A stretch of DNA of 39,466 nucleotides from Candidatus Thorarchaeota archaeon. GTDB taxonomy: Archaea > Asgardarchaeota > Thorarchaeia > Thorarchaeales > Thorarchaeaceae. The position numbers and the translations under genes were made by a program. The notes below the pieces were generated by a model, which did no database searches, had not been told where the DNA came from, and saw only the letters and a list, made by a program, of their open reading frames with translations. Location: contig PRDI01000015.1 of assembly GCA_003345595.1 (NCBI GenBank), positions 1 through 39,466 of the forward strand, in the 5' to 3' direction. Positions 1-8,380 of this stretch are shown piece by piece (positions within the stretch are counted from its first letter, which is position 1; the number at the start of each line of letters is the position of its first letter).

Positions 1-2
1 TC

Positions 3-740
3 TTCCACTATACCCCCTGGGGTCACACTGGCTATGCGTACGGCTCGTATGAATTGGACGGATTCTCTGACCTCTTGCTGACCATACAGTACCCGTATGT
101 TGTTTTTCTCGGCGTAGTCACGTCTGGTTTGGACACTGGAATCATTCTGCAGTCTGCAATTCTAGTAGTTGCACTACTGGTTAGGCTTCGTCATGGGTTC
201 CTTCGAGCAAGAGCAGAGTCCGTACTCGGCGACCCCTGCCTAGTGCCACTTCTGTTGGTATTGGTAGGCGCATTCCTACCTTGGTTTAGGTATGACTACG
301 TGTCTCCTGGTGGGACTTACATGAATCATGACGACTACCACGCATTACAATTCGCTGGGGTATTCTTTCCTCCGCTTGCAGTTCTTACGCGACAGACACC
401 ATCTGGAATGACTGCACCCTACGTGTTGGAAACATGGTTCCTAACCATGCCACTATTCGTGGCTTTCTTCTGGATCCCCATACTGGGTATGGCATGTCTA
501 ATAGGAACGCAACAGATCTCGCTGAGCTGGAGAAGGCTTGTGTCAGTTGCGTTTCCATCTGTGATGATGCTAATGTCCGCACTTGTTCTTGCAGTGCTCA
601 GCTGGGTTGCACCCGTCGGCTTGTGGATGGTTCCAGACGTGGGCCTATGGCTGATTCTGTTGTCGCCTGTCGTATTCCTCATCCAGATTGGAATCCGGAG
701 AGTACTAATAGCTTCAGGAGCCGATTCCATGAAGACGTAG
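3..740 (+). CDS. Multi-pass membrane protein, 5'-truncated by the window edge; tandem paralog of the next gene
   Basis: The frame is open from position 3 (FHYTPWGH...YELDGFSDLLLTIQYPY). It aligns by eye to the C-terminal half of the next ORF (FELDGSSNLLVYIDYPY...GAF[LM]PWFRY...ILLSPV..IQIGI). Several hydrophobic helices. Confidence 0.8.
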   Translation, partial: FHYTPWGHTGYAYGSYELDGFSDLLLTIQYPYVVFLGVVTSGLDTGIILQSAILVVALLVRLRHGFLRARAESVLGDPCLVPLLLVLVGAFLPWFRYDYVSPGGTYMNHDDYHALQFAGVFFPPLAVLTRQTPSGMTAPYVLETWFLTMPLFVAFFWIPILGMACLIGTQQISLSWRRLVSVAFPSVMMLMSALVLAVLSWVAPVGLWMVPDVGLWLILLSPVVFLIQIGIRRVLIASGADSMKT

Positions 741-863
741 GAGACATTGGAGTTGCATCGCCGAAGAGCAAGTGAGAGTTCACCTGAAGACGAATCGAGG
801 GCTTGCAGGCCTCCTCCGAGCGGACACATGGACGGCTCCGCAGTCAGTCTGGCACGTCGTGGT

Positions 864-2630
864 ATGCGCTTGCGGGTTTTGGTACGTAAGTACGGGGATG
901 ATCTGATAATCATCATTCTGTTGCTCTTGTTGACACGAGCACTGGTCATCTCTTCAACTGTTGATTACAGTCCTAGAGTGAGCCTCTCTCCGGTTGGATC
1001 AATATCCGGAACGCGTGGCGTGGATAGAACGTATCAAAGTTGTCTATCCTCTCGCTCAGTACATCTGATTAATAGCACCAGACTCGATTACTATAATGGT
1101 TGGGATGTCGCCTCAGATTCCTATAATGGCTCCATGTACCCGGATGGATTTCGTGTTAGTCTTGTGAAATCCTCCGTAACGTTCCAACGTGAGCTCTACA
1201 TACCTATTCAAGACTACGAGTCGATCAGTGTTTCCCTTCAAGTCGAAGCTTTGTCCGGGTCGGCAAATGTGAGCATGAGCCTGACCCCCAGTATCCGGGC
1301 GGGCAACCACTCAGAAGTGGAGGTAAAGGAGTGGCAGACCGAGTGCCTTGTCGTGAACATGTCCCTAGATGAGCTGAAGATCCAGTATGTTGATTATTGG
1401 ATGTGGCAGTTCTATTCTAGAATACAGATATCTTCGGAAGAACAGGCAGAGATTCTGATCCATAGTTTGGACATTGAAGCACACTCGTCCGAGATTCTGA
1501 CGCCTGTGTCTGTTGACCTTCAGAATACCGGCCAAGATAGTCTGCTGTCTGATCCGCACGTTCGACCAGCCTTCTGGTACCTGTTACTTGCAGTGTCACG
1601 ACTAGACGATGGAAATAGAGCCCTCGTCCGGGCTCAGGTCGCCAACGAAACTCTCTATCTGCCAATCGGCAACTACTCGATAAGGGCAGGCTGGTCTCCC
1701 ACTGCAAATTGGGGAAGCTACATCGATTACGAACAAGCTGACTTTGCCATTCGGGAGAACCAGACGACGCTTCTGGGGATTCGGCTGCCTACTGTCCGGC
1801 TGAGTATTGAACTCTCTCCATACATTGTATACGTTTCTGTAACCATGAGGGGAACTGGCCCTGATGCATCTCTGTTTTTGCATGGTATGTACTTGGAACA
1901 GTCGTTTTACTTGCCTGCGTCGGTTGGGTCGATAAACATCTCCGTTTCCCATGTGGCCCCTTGGAGCCGCGAAGGTCGTTTGGACAGTCAGTTCGAGTTG
2001 GATGGGTCTTCCAACCTTCTAGTGTACATAGACTACCCATATCTAGTTCTTCTTGGAGTCGTCATGACCTACCTAGATTTCGGTATCCTTGTGCTTCTTG
2101 CTGGTCTGGTGGTTGCAGTCATGACTAGGCTCCTCCGACTGCTTACTCAGAAGAGAACGGAGCCCCTGTTGGCCGACCCGGGATTGCTGCCATTCTTGCT
2201 GATCCTCTTGGGTGCATTCATGCCTTGGTTTAGGTATGTCGACCCAACGTCGGGTCTTTCAAAGACTGTTTGGCCGTGGCTCGGCGTCTACACACAACAG
2301 ATGCGAACTGGTGTCATTTTTCCCTATCAGGATGAGTTCTGGGGATTTGGACTTCCCATATTCGTGCTTCTCTTCTGGGTGCCTCTGTTCGAAGCTGCAA
2401 CACGGATAGGAACGCCAACGCCGGCCCTAAGTAGTGACAGGCTGGTCCCTATGGCGTTTCCAGTTGTCCTGACCTTGGTTCTGGGGCTGTTTCTTGCTTT
2501 ACAGGGCTGGATTCCAGAAGTTGGTACGTGGATGATTCTATTATCACCTGTAGCATTAGCCATCCAGATTGGCATTCAAAGGGTTTCCCAGTCTCACGAC
2601 CCACTTCCTGATGAGCTGCATTATGGCTAA
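864..2630 (+). CDS. Membrane/surface glycoprotein: N-terminal TM or signal, large extracellular domain, C-terminal multi-TM domain
   Basis: ORF 747-2630; likely start is ATG 864 (MRLRVLVRKY) just before the hydrophobic run LIIIILLLLL. Nine N-x-S/T sequons in the soluble part and about 5 C-terminal TM segments. Confidence 0.75.
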   Translation: MRLRVLVRKYGDDLIIIILLLLLTRALVISSTVDYSPRVSLSPVGSISGTRGVDRTYQSCLSSRSVHLINSTRLDYYNGWDVASDSYNGSMYPDGFRVSLVKSSVTFQRELYIPIQDYESISVSLQVEALSGSANVSMSLTPSIRAGNHSEVEVKEWQTECLVVNMSLDELKIQYVDYWMWQFYSRIQISSEEQAEILIHSLDIEAHSSEILTPVSVDLQNTGQDSLLSDPHVRPAFWYLLLAVSRLDDGNRALVRAQVANETLYLPIGNYSIRAGWSPTANWGSYIDYEQADFAIRENQTTLLGIRLPTVRLSIELSPYIVYVSVTMRGTGPDASLFLHGMYLEQSFYLPASVGSINISVSHVAPWSREGRLDSQFELDGSSNLLVYIDYPYLVLLGVVMTYLDFGILVLLAGLVVAVMTRLLRLLTQKRTEPLLADPGLLPFLLILLGAFMPWFRYVDPTSGLSKTVWPWLGVYTQQMRTGVIFPYQDEFWGFGLPIFVLLFWVPLFEAATRIGTPTPALSSDRLVPMAFPVVLTLVLGLFLALQGWIPEVGTWMILLSPVALAIQIGIQRVSQSHDPLPDELHYG

Positions 2631-2702
2631 GGTGATCGCGAACCAGCGCAGACGGTTGTGCCAGCAATCTTGATTTGAGAGTGTCTTCGGATTCTTCTTC
2701 GG

Positions 2703-3548
2703 ATGAATTCCATGGTGCTGTTAGGTTCAAGGCCTAGGCTTAATGACCTCGACGGACGTGAGTGGGTCAAGTCCACGAAGTCTTGGTTTGTCGTAAATCC
2801 CCGTTCTCGGAGCAAGACCCAGATGAAACATCCGGCGAAGTTCCCAGAGGGTCTTGTGACCCGATTTGTCAGATACTTTTCTCGGGAAGGCGCATGGGTG
2901 ATTGACCCGTTTGCTGGCGTAGGCAGTACCATGGTTGCCTGCAAGACGCTTGGCAGAAACTCCGTGGGCATAGAGCTGAACCCAGATTATGCGGCCACTG
3001 GACTTGCCGACACGAATCAGACTGCAGGGTCGGGAGAGCACCACATCATCATTGGCGACTCGATTCAGATGGCCTCATTACTTCAACGGGAGTTTGGAAA
3101 CAGCATCCCTCAGTTCGACTACCTCATCACCTCTCCCCCATATTGGGACATGCTCCATAAGTCACGAGGAGGCAACGAATCCGTGCACAAGGTCCGGCGC
3201 AAAAGGGGTCTGGACCTTATCTACAGTGAAACCGCATCTGACATTGGGAATATCACATGTTACGACGACTATATCGAGGCAGTCGCGCGAGTGCTGGGAT
3301 GTGCGCAGCACTTTCTCAAACCCGGTGGGTATGTCACACTGGTTGCACAGAACATGTTGGATTCCAATGGTGTGATGCGACCGATTGCGTGGGATCTTGC
3401 CCGTAGGCTGTCAATATCCTATCGTCTAAGGCAGGAGCAGATTTGGTGTCAGGACAACAAGCGGCTTGGCTGCTGGGGTTATCCCACGACATACGTGTCG
3501 AATGTGCACCACCACTACTGCCTGATTTTGCAGAACAACCATGCATAG
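2703..3548 (+). CDS. Site-specific DNA methyltransferase (N4-cytosine/N6-adenine family), orphan
   Basis: HPAKFP, SAM-binding DPFAGVGST, GIELN and catalytic TSPPY motifs. Confidence 0.88.
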   Translation: MNSMVLLGSRPRLNDLDGREWVKSTKSWFVVNPRSRSKTQMKHPAKFPEGLVTRFVRYFSREGAWVIDPFAGVGSTMVACKTLGRNSVGIELNPDYAATGLADTNQTAGSGEHHIIIGDSIQMASLLQREFGNSIPQFDYLITSPPYWDMLHKSRGGNESVHKVRRKRGLDLIYSETASDIGNITCYDDYIEAVARVLGCAQHFLKPGGYVTLVAQNMLDSNGVMRPIAWDLARRLSISYRLRQEQIWCQDNKRLGCWGYPTTYVSNVHHHYCLILQNNHA

Positions 3549-3641
3549 ACTCTGCACTGTCTGGCTCGAGTGAACAGAGTTGCAGACTGGCATGGTCCAG
3601 CTTCGTTCATTTCATAAGCCTCTCTGAATGCGCTCGAAGGC

Positions 3642-4556
3642 ATGGCGAGGACTATCAGACGGCTTGAGATCTCTGATCATGCAGACGTGAATGCTCTCTG
3701 CGCCACGTTGGAAGAGCATGACTATGTTCCGGATGCATTCCCGCAATGGGCTGATTCCAAGGACTCGGAACCTGTCGGCGTCTTCGAAGGAAAAGAGCTC
3801 ATAGGCATCGTCACCCTTAATCTCGTTCCAGATTCCGATATCGCTTGGGTGAATGGTCTCAGGGTCAAGGCGGATTATCATCGGAAGGGCGTAGGGTCAT
3901 TTGCCACAGCCCACATAATTGCCCTTGCAAAGCAGAAGGGAGTCAGGACACTATGGTATTCAACGGGTAGTAACAACGAAGCGTCAATAGGACTGGCCAA
4001 GAAGATGGGTTTCGTTGTCGCTGACCGTGTGGGCTACTTTCGTGTCGACAAGCCGTTTCCGCCACATCCTTCACCGAGTCCAAACTTGCACCCGCTCACG
4101 GTCGGCCCGGAGCGGCTATCCGAGATGCTGAAGGACGACTCAGAGCTAGTAGAAAGCAAAACGCTACCCTTGGCTTGGGATTTCGACTTCAAGACTCTGG
4201 CCGGCCTCAGAAGAATGGCTGCTGAAACCGAGTTCAAGGTTCTGATCGATGAAGATGGCAGGAGTTCCGGTTTGTACTACAGCAAGGCGTTCGTGCGCGA
4301 GGACGGTACGAGAATCACTTTCTCGATATTCAGCCGAGATCAGGCAACCTTCGTTGACATCATGTCAAGGGCCTTTGATGATCTTGAGAACACTGGTGCC
4401 GACAGGGGTGTGTTCTTCTTGAGCCCGAAGGCGAAGGACTGGGCTCTAAGCCTTGGTGTTGTGCCCGGGGAGTACCTGAATTCAAGCTATTTCCTGTTCC
4501 AGCTTGATCCTTCAAAGACCGTGCCTAGAGGAAGAATATCGCCAAGATCCCGGTGA
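3642..4556 (+). CDS. GNAT family N-acetyltransferase with C-terminal extension
   Basis: GLRV..YHRKGVGS acetyl-CoA motif A and N..SIGLAKKMGF motif B. Confidence 0.85.
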   Translation: MARTIRRLEISDHADVNALCATLEEHDYVPDAFPQWADSKDSEPVGVFEGKELIGIVTLNLVPDSDIAWVNGLRVKADYHRKGVGSFATAHIIALAKQKGVRTLWYSTGSNNEASIGLAKKMGFVVADRVGYFRVDKPFPPHPSPSPNLHPLTVGPERLSEMLKDDSELVESKTLPLAWDFDFKTLAGLRRMAAETEFKVLIDEDGRSSGLYYSKAFVREDGTRITFSIFSRDQATFVDIMSRAFDDLENTGADRGVFFLSPKAKDWALSLGVVPGEYLNSSYFLFQLDPSKTVPRGRISPRSR

Positions 4557-5223
4557 GAAAGACTCCGTCCCACGTGCCTGCTCCACCAATCGATGCGCTG
4601 CCTGTTCTGAGCTGAGTTATTTTTCCGAGGTTCAGAATGTCTGCGCCGAGGAGGGCACCAAGTGTACCGGATACGTAAGCTACAACGTAGGTGTCCTGCA
4701 GCGTCGGTATGAACTGAATCAGGGAGAGCGTTATCAGAGCTGCGGCGATTGGAGGAAGAAGAGCTGGAGTGACAATACCTACGTTTGGCTCTATTCTCGC
4801 GACTGCGTGCACAAAGACGGTGATGACCACTACTCCCAAGAGTGCAGGCACCAGTGTTTCCAGATGTTCGAGCAACAGGTACATGCTGACTGAGATTGGG
4901 ATTATGGCTCCACCGAGGTTTATGCTTAGCCGCAGTTTTCCGGGACAGTCAGGGGTCTTGACCTTGTAGCTCAAGCCCCAAAGACTAAGATAGTCCTGCT
5001 CCACGCAAGGCGTCTTGTCAGACTCCACTGTGGCTATGGGGATGTTAACGAAGCTGCCAATCAACGACCCGGGTATGATTAGGAGTGCCAGCCAAGTTGG
5101 GAGTCCTAGCTCGATGAACACAGTCCCTGCCGCTTGCAGGAATAGCAGCATGACGATGGCGACGGCTAGTATGATAAACAGTGAGAAGCTTCTCCTGCTG
5201 TGGTGAAGTTCCATCTCGCTCAT
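4525..5223 (-). CDS. DUF1614-type archaeal membrane protein
   Basis: SLIGSFVNIP, INLGGAIIP, GTLGALLGADILNL and SIGGAGTWDGVFLTG are characteristic of this family. Confidence 0.85.
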   Translation of the reverse strand: MSEMELHHSRRSFSLFIILAVAIVMLLFLQAAGTVFIELGLPTWLALLIIPGSLIGSFVNIPIATVESDKTPCVEQDYLSLWGLSYKVKTPDCPGKLRLSINLGGAIIPISVSMYLLLEHLETLVPALLGVVVITVFVHAVARIEPNVGIVTPALLPPIAAALITLSLIQFIPTLQDTYVVAYVSGTLGALLGADILNLGKITQLRTGSASIGGAGTWDGVFLTGILAIFFL

Positions 5224-5253
5224 ATTATCGTCATAGTCGCTTCATCAGTCCTG

Positions 5254-5835
5254 CTATTGAATGTTGGCTTGAGTACCTCGTTGCTGTCGTTCAGTTGTCG
5301 ATGAGTCGTAGGAGTCGGACTCATCTTCCTCGTAGTCATCGAAGACGGACCAGTTGGGCGCGTATGAGATTGGTTCGAGGTCTCTTGGTTCGAGATGAAG
5401 CGTTTCTACCTTTGCGATTTCCTTTCGCAATGTGTAGGATTTGGCTCCCTCCCATCGAAGGTAATCATCCGGATCGGCGGAGTATTCGCCTTGGTATCTG
5501 CCGCACGTTCCGCCGCAGAAGACCAGCTTACTGTCACGGATTACGAGAGCGTCTCCGCACCACCTGCAGACTGCCTCCATACCATGAACATGAATCCTGC
5601 CATCGACTAATTGTACAAACATGACTGTTCCATCGAGATTGCAGACACCCCACTCCTCACCTTCCTGTCTGATCCTTTGCCACAGCTGAGGCTTGGACCT
5701 TACTGTCTTCCCGGTTGCAGATGGGACCGGGAGGTGGTCCCACTTGCCGCCGGACTTCTCATCGAAGTCTTCCAGCCTTGTCTGTATAGTGGTGTCCCTC
5801 ACGCCCTGTTGTATCATGACGGGACTCATAAACAC
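5254..5835 (-). CDS. Hypothetical protein with a putative Zn-ribbon and acidic tail
   Basis: CRWC-x13-CGGTC. Co-oriented with pfkA and directly downstream of it. Confidence 0.65.
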   Translation of the reverse strand: MFMSPVMIQQGVRDTTIQTRLEDFDEKSGGKWDHLPVPSATGKTVRSKPQLWQRIRQEGEEWGVCNLDGTVMFVQLVDGRIHVHGMEAVCRWCGDALVIRDSKLVFCGGTCGRYQGEYSADPDDYLRWEGAKSYTLRKEIAKVETLHLEPRDLEPISYAPNWSVFDDYEEDESDSYDSSTTERQQRGTQANIQ

Positions 5836-5850
5836 CCCAAGACCGACTTG

Positions 5851-6819
5851 TCATGTCGCAAGGTCACCGATGAGATCCAACATCCACTTGTCTAGAGACT
5901 TCTTCTTCTTCCATGTGTCCTCGTATGGCGTCTTGACAAGATTGCCCCTGACCTCACCCAGCATCACACCTCTCACGCCCTCAAGGATACAATCCACAGC
6001 ATACACTCCTAGTCTTGTCGCCAGGATTCTGTCTTGACGAGTAGGGTTACCACCACGCTGGATGTAGCCGAGAACCGAGATACGGGTCTTTTCCCCTGGC
6101 AGCAGCCCATTCAGCTTCTCCCCAATGGCAGCTGCGTTGCCCTCGTCATCGCCCTCGGCCACAATGACGATGGCGCTTGACTTGCCTCTCAGCCTGCCTT
6201 CTGCTATCTTGTCAGCAATCACTTTGAGGTCCGTCTTTGTTTCTGGGATAGCGACCGCGGATGCACCTGAGGCGATGCCGACGTGAGCACCAATGGCACC
6301 ACATTTCCTTCCCATGACCTCCACGAGGAACACACGCGAGAAGGCTTCGGCTGTATCTCGAATCTTGTCTATAGCATCGAGCGCGTTGTTGACCGCCGTG
6401 TCAAAACCAATAGAGTAGTCTGTGCCCCAGATGTCATTGTCGATTGAGCCCGGGATTCCTATGGTCTGTCCGGGCCAGTACTTCTCAAGCGCGGTGAGAC
6501 CCCGCATCGTACCATCGCCACCAATAGCGACGAGTGCCTGGATATCGTGCTCTTGGAGGACCCGGGCGGCCTTCTTCAACCCCTCTTCCGTCTTGAATTC
6601 CTCCGATCTTCCGGTGGTCAGGATGGTGCCGCCCCTGTGGATAATATGAGCGACCGATCGTGAATCAAGGTCGCCCAAATTCTCATCCAGAATACCCTGA
6701 AAGCCTCCGTAGATGCCAACAATTCTAAGTCCATGGCCGAGACCGATTCTGACAAACGCTCTGATACAAGCGTTCATGCCTGGAGCGTCTCCGCCGCTCG
6801 TCAAAATGCCTACTCGCAT
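5851..6819 (-). CDS. pfkA: ATP-dependent 6-phosphofructokinase (PfkA family)
   Basis: TSGGDAPGMN, GGDG, PGSIDND, EVMGR, AEG and LGYIQRGG. Gly in GGDG and in PGS fits the ATP-dependent type. Confidence 0.95.
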   Translation of the reverse strand: MRVGILTSGGDAPGMNACIRAFVRIGLGHGLRIVGIYGGFQGILDENLGDLDSRSVAHIIHRGGTILTTGRSEEFKTEEGLKKAARVLQEHDIQALVAIGGDGTMRGLTALEKYWPGQTIGIPGSIDNDIWGTDYSIGFDTAVNNALDAIDKIRDTAEAFSRVFLVEVMGRKCGAIGAHVGIASGASAVAIPETKTDLKVIADKIAEGRLRGKSSAIVIVAEGDDEGNAAAIGEKLNGLLPGEKTRISVLGYIQRGGNPTRQDRILATRLGVYAVDCILEGVRGVMLGEVRGNLVKTPYEDTWKKKKSLDKWMLDLIGDLAT

Positions 6820-6920
6820 GAGGACCTGAACGGATGTTGGTCACAGATAAGCAAAGCGAAACGGTCCAAACGGGGGGAATTGAAACACGTTGACCACGAT
6901 TGTATGCCTCGTCGCACTCA

Positions 6921-7403
6921 TCAATGAACCCAGTCTGCGGCATCCTTGGATAGGAACAGCAAGTAGTCGGTGCCAAGGACCTCAACACCCAGGGTTCGAA
7001 GAGTAGCAGCCAGCTGTCCTCGATGATGTGTGGTATGCAGTAGGTACTGGAGATAGAAGTCTAGTGAATCTACGTCAAAGGGGTCGTCAGAAATGTGTGT
7101 GACGGTGATCTTTCCTTGGGGTATCTCTTCTATGACCCGCCCTAGGCGGACGTCTAGTTGCTGCCACCTTGACATGAGTTCCTCCCTTGAGAACAGTCCC
7201 ACCTTGCCAAACACGCTTTCGTCTGACGAGTTGTCGCCATAGAAGAAGCAGGTTTCGAGGGCTAGGACTATATGTATACATAGATCCTTGACGCTTTTGC
7301 CGCGGACTTTTCTGGCAAATCGCTCGTCATCGAGCTGACGAACCATCACTCTCATCCTGTCGCCAGCCCACACGTGATAATGGCCAAGGTTCTTGAATGT
7401 CAT
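6921..7403 (-). CDS. DinB family protein
   Basis: Y..WA near the N-terminus, SVKDLCIHI, and C-terminal H..HHRGQL...LR.LG. Confidence 0.85.
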   Translation of the reverse strand: MTFKNLGHYHVWAGDRMRVMVRQLDDERFARKVRGKSVKDLCIHIVLALETCFFYGDNSSDESVFGKVGLFSREELMSRWQQLDVRLGRVIEEIPQGKITVTHISDDPFDVDSLDFYLQYLLHTTHHRGQLAATLRTLGVEVLGTDYLLFLSKDAADWVH

Positions 7404-7498
7404 ATGTAGCTGCCCTCTGTCTTGAGTGCGTTTCGTCGGTATTTATCAACACCGATTGACTGAGTGCAAGGTCGGCTGAGCGTCAGGAGGTTTCCTGT

Positions 7499-8026
7499 CT
7501 ACCATCGGTCATGGTGGATCTTCGATTCGGTGTACCGGTTCTCCCTTCCCTTCTTTTCGTTTGGGATGCCAACCGGGGCAATGGCGAATGGGACGACCTG
7601 TTCGGGGATGCCCAGTAGTTTCCGGAGTCCGTCCATTCGCTCCTGTCTCGGGTAAACGCCCAACCAGACAGAAGCGAAGCCGCTTGCATGGATTGCCAAG
7701 AGAAGGTTCTCCATTGCCGCCGAGCAGTCTTGAACCCAGAATCCCCTATACCTCTCTGCGGCAAGGTCACCGCAAACGAGTACTGCGGCAATAGCGTCGT
7801 TCAACATCTGAGAGGACTTGTGAATCTCGGTGATTCTGTTGAGAGTCTGCCTGTCCCTTATGACGACAAACTGCCAGTCCTGTTGGTTGCCTGCAGACGG
7901 TGCACTCATGGCCGCTGTGAGGACGTCCTTGATGAGGCTGTCCGGGATGTCCCCCTGCTTGTACTTTCGAATGCTCCTTCTAGTGAGTAGCGCCTCCATT
8001 GCTTCCACAGTATCGACCCTTCGCAC
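7499..8026 (-). CDS. Nitroreductase family flavoprotein
   Basis: TRRSIRKY, APSAGNQQ.WQFVV and DCSAAMENLLLA motifs. True start may be GTG 8008. Confidence 0.93.
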   Translation of the reverse strand: MRRVDTVEAMEALLTRRSIRKYKQGDIPDSLIKDVLTAAMSAPSAGNQQDWQFVVIRDRQTLNRITEIHKSSQMLNDAIAAVLVCGDLAAERYRGFWVQDCSAAMENLLLAIHASGFASVWLGVYPRQERMDGLRKLLGIPEQVVPFAIAPVGIPNEKKGRENRYTESKIHHDRW

Positions 8027-8380
8027 AGGGGACTTCGTCTGCCTAAAAGGGTTTCATGCTATGTCGGAGTTGCGCGTGAGCATGTAATACCTACTTGACC
8101 ACGACACACGTTAATCGAGTTGGTTTCTCTCCCGGACTATGGATCCTGCGCCGACAAAACCGTGTTTTCTCCTGACCTGGTCGTTCATTCCCTCTGGCAG
8201 GAGTGCTTTCCATTCAGAAACGACTGAACCTCTGAGAAGTCAAAACCTCGGGAAACTTGCAGGACCGCCCCACGCAAAGTTCCTAGCTATTCGCAATGTT
8301 ATTTTAGCCGCTGTTGCTCTAGCTTGTGCAGGCCTTTCCAGTACTATAACGGTAGTAAACAGACGAGAAGTGAAGGTTCG

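Noticed and set aside
8050-8380. Metal-sensing (M-box, yybP-ykoY) or FMN riboswitch between nitroreductase and mgtA
   Set aside because: Only weak stems, and no conserved core motifs could be matched.
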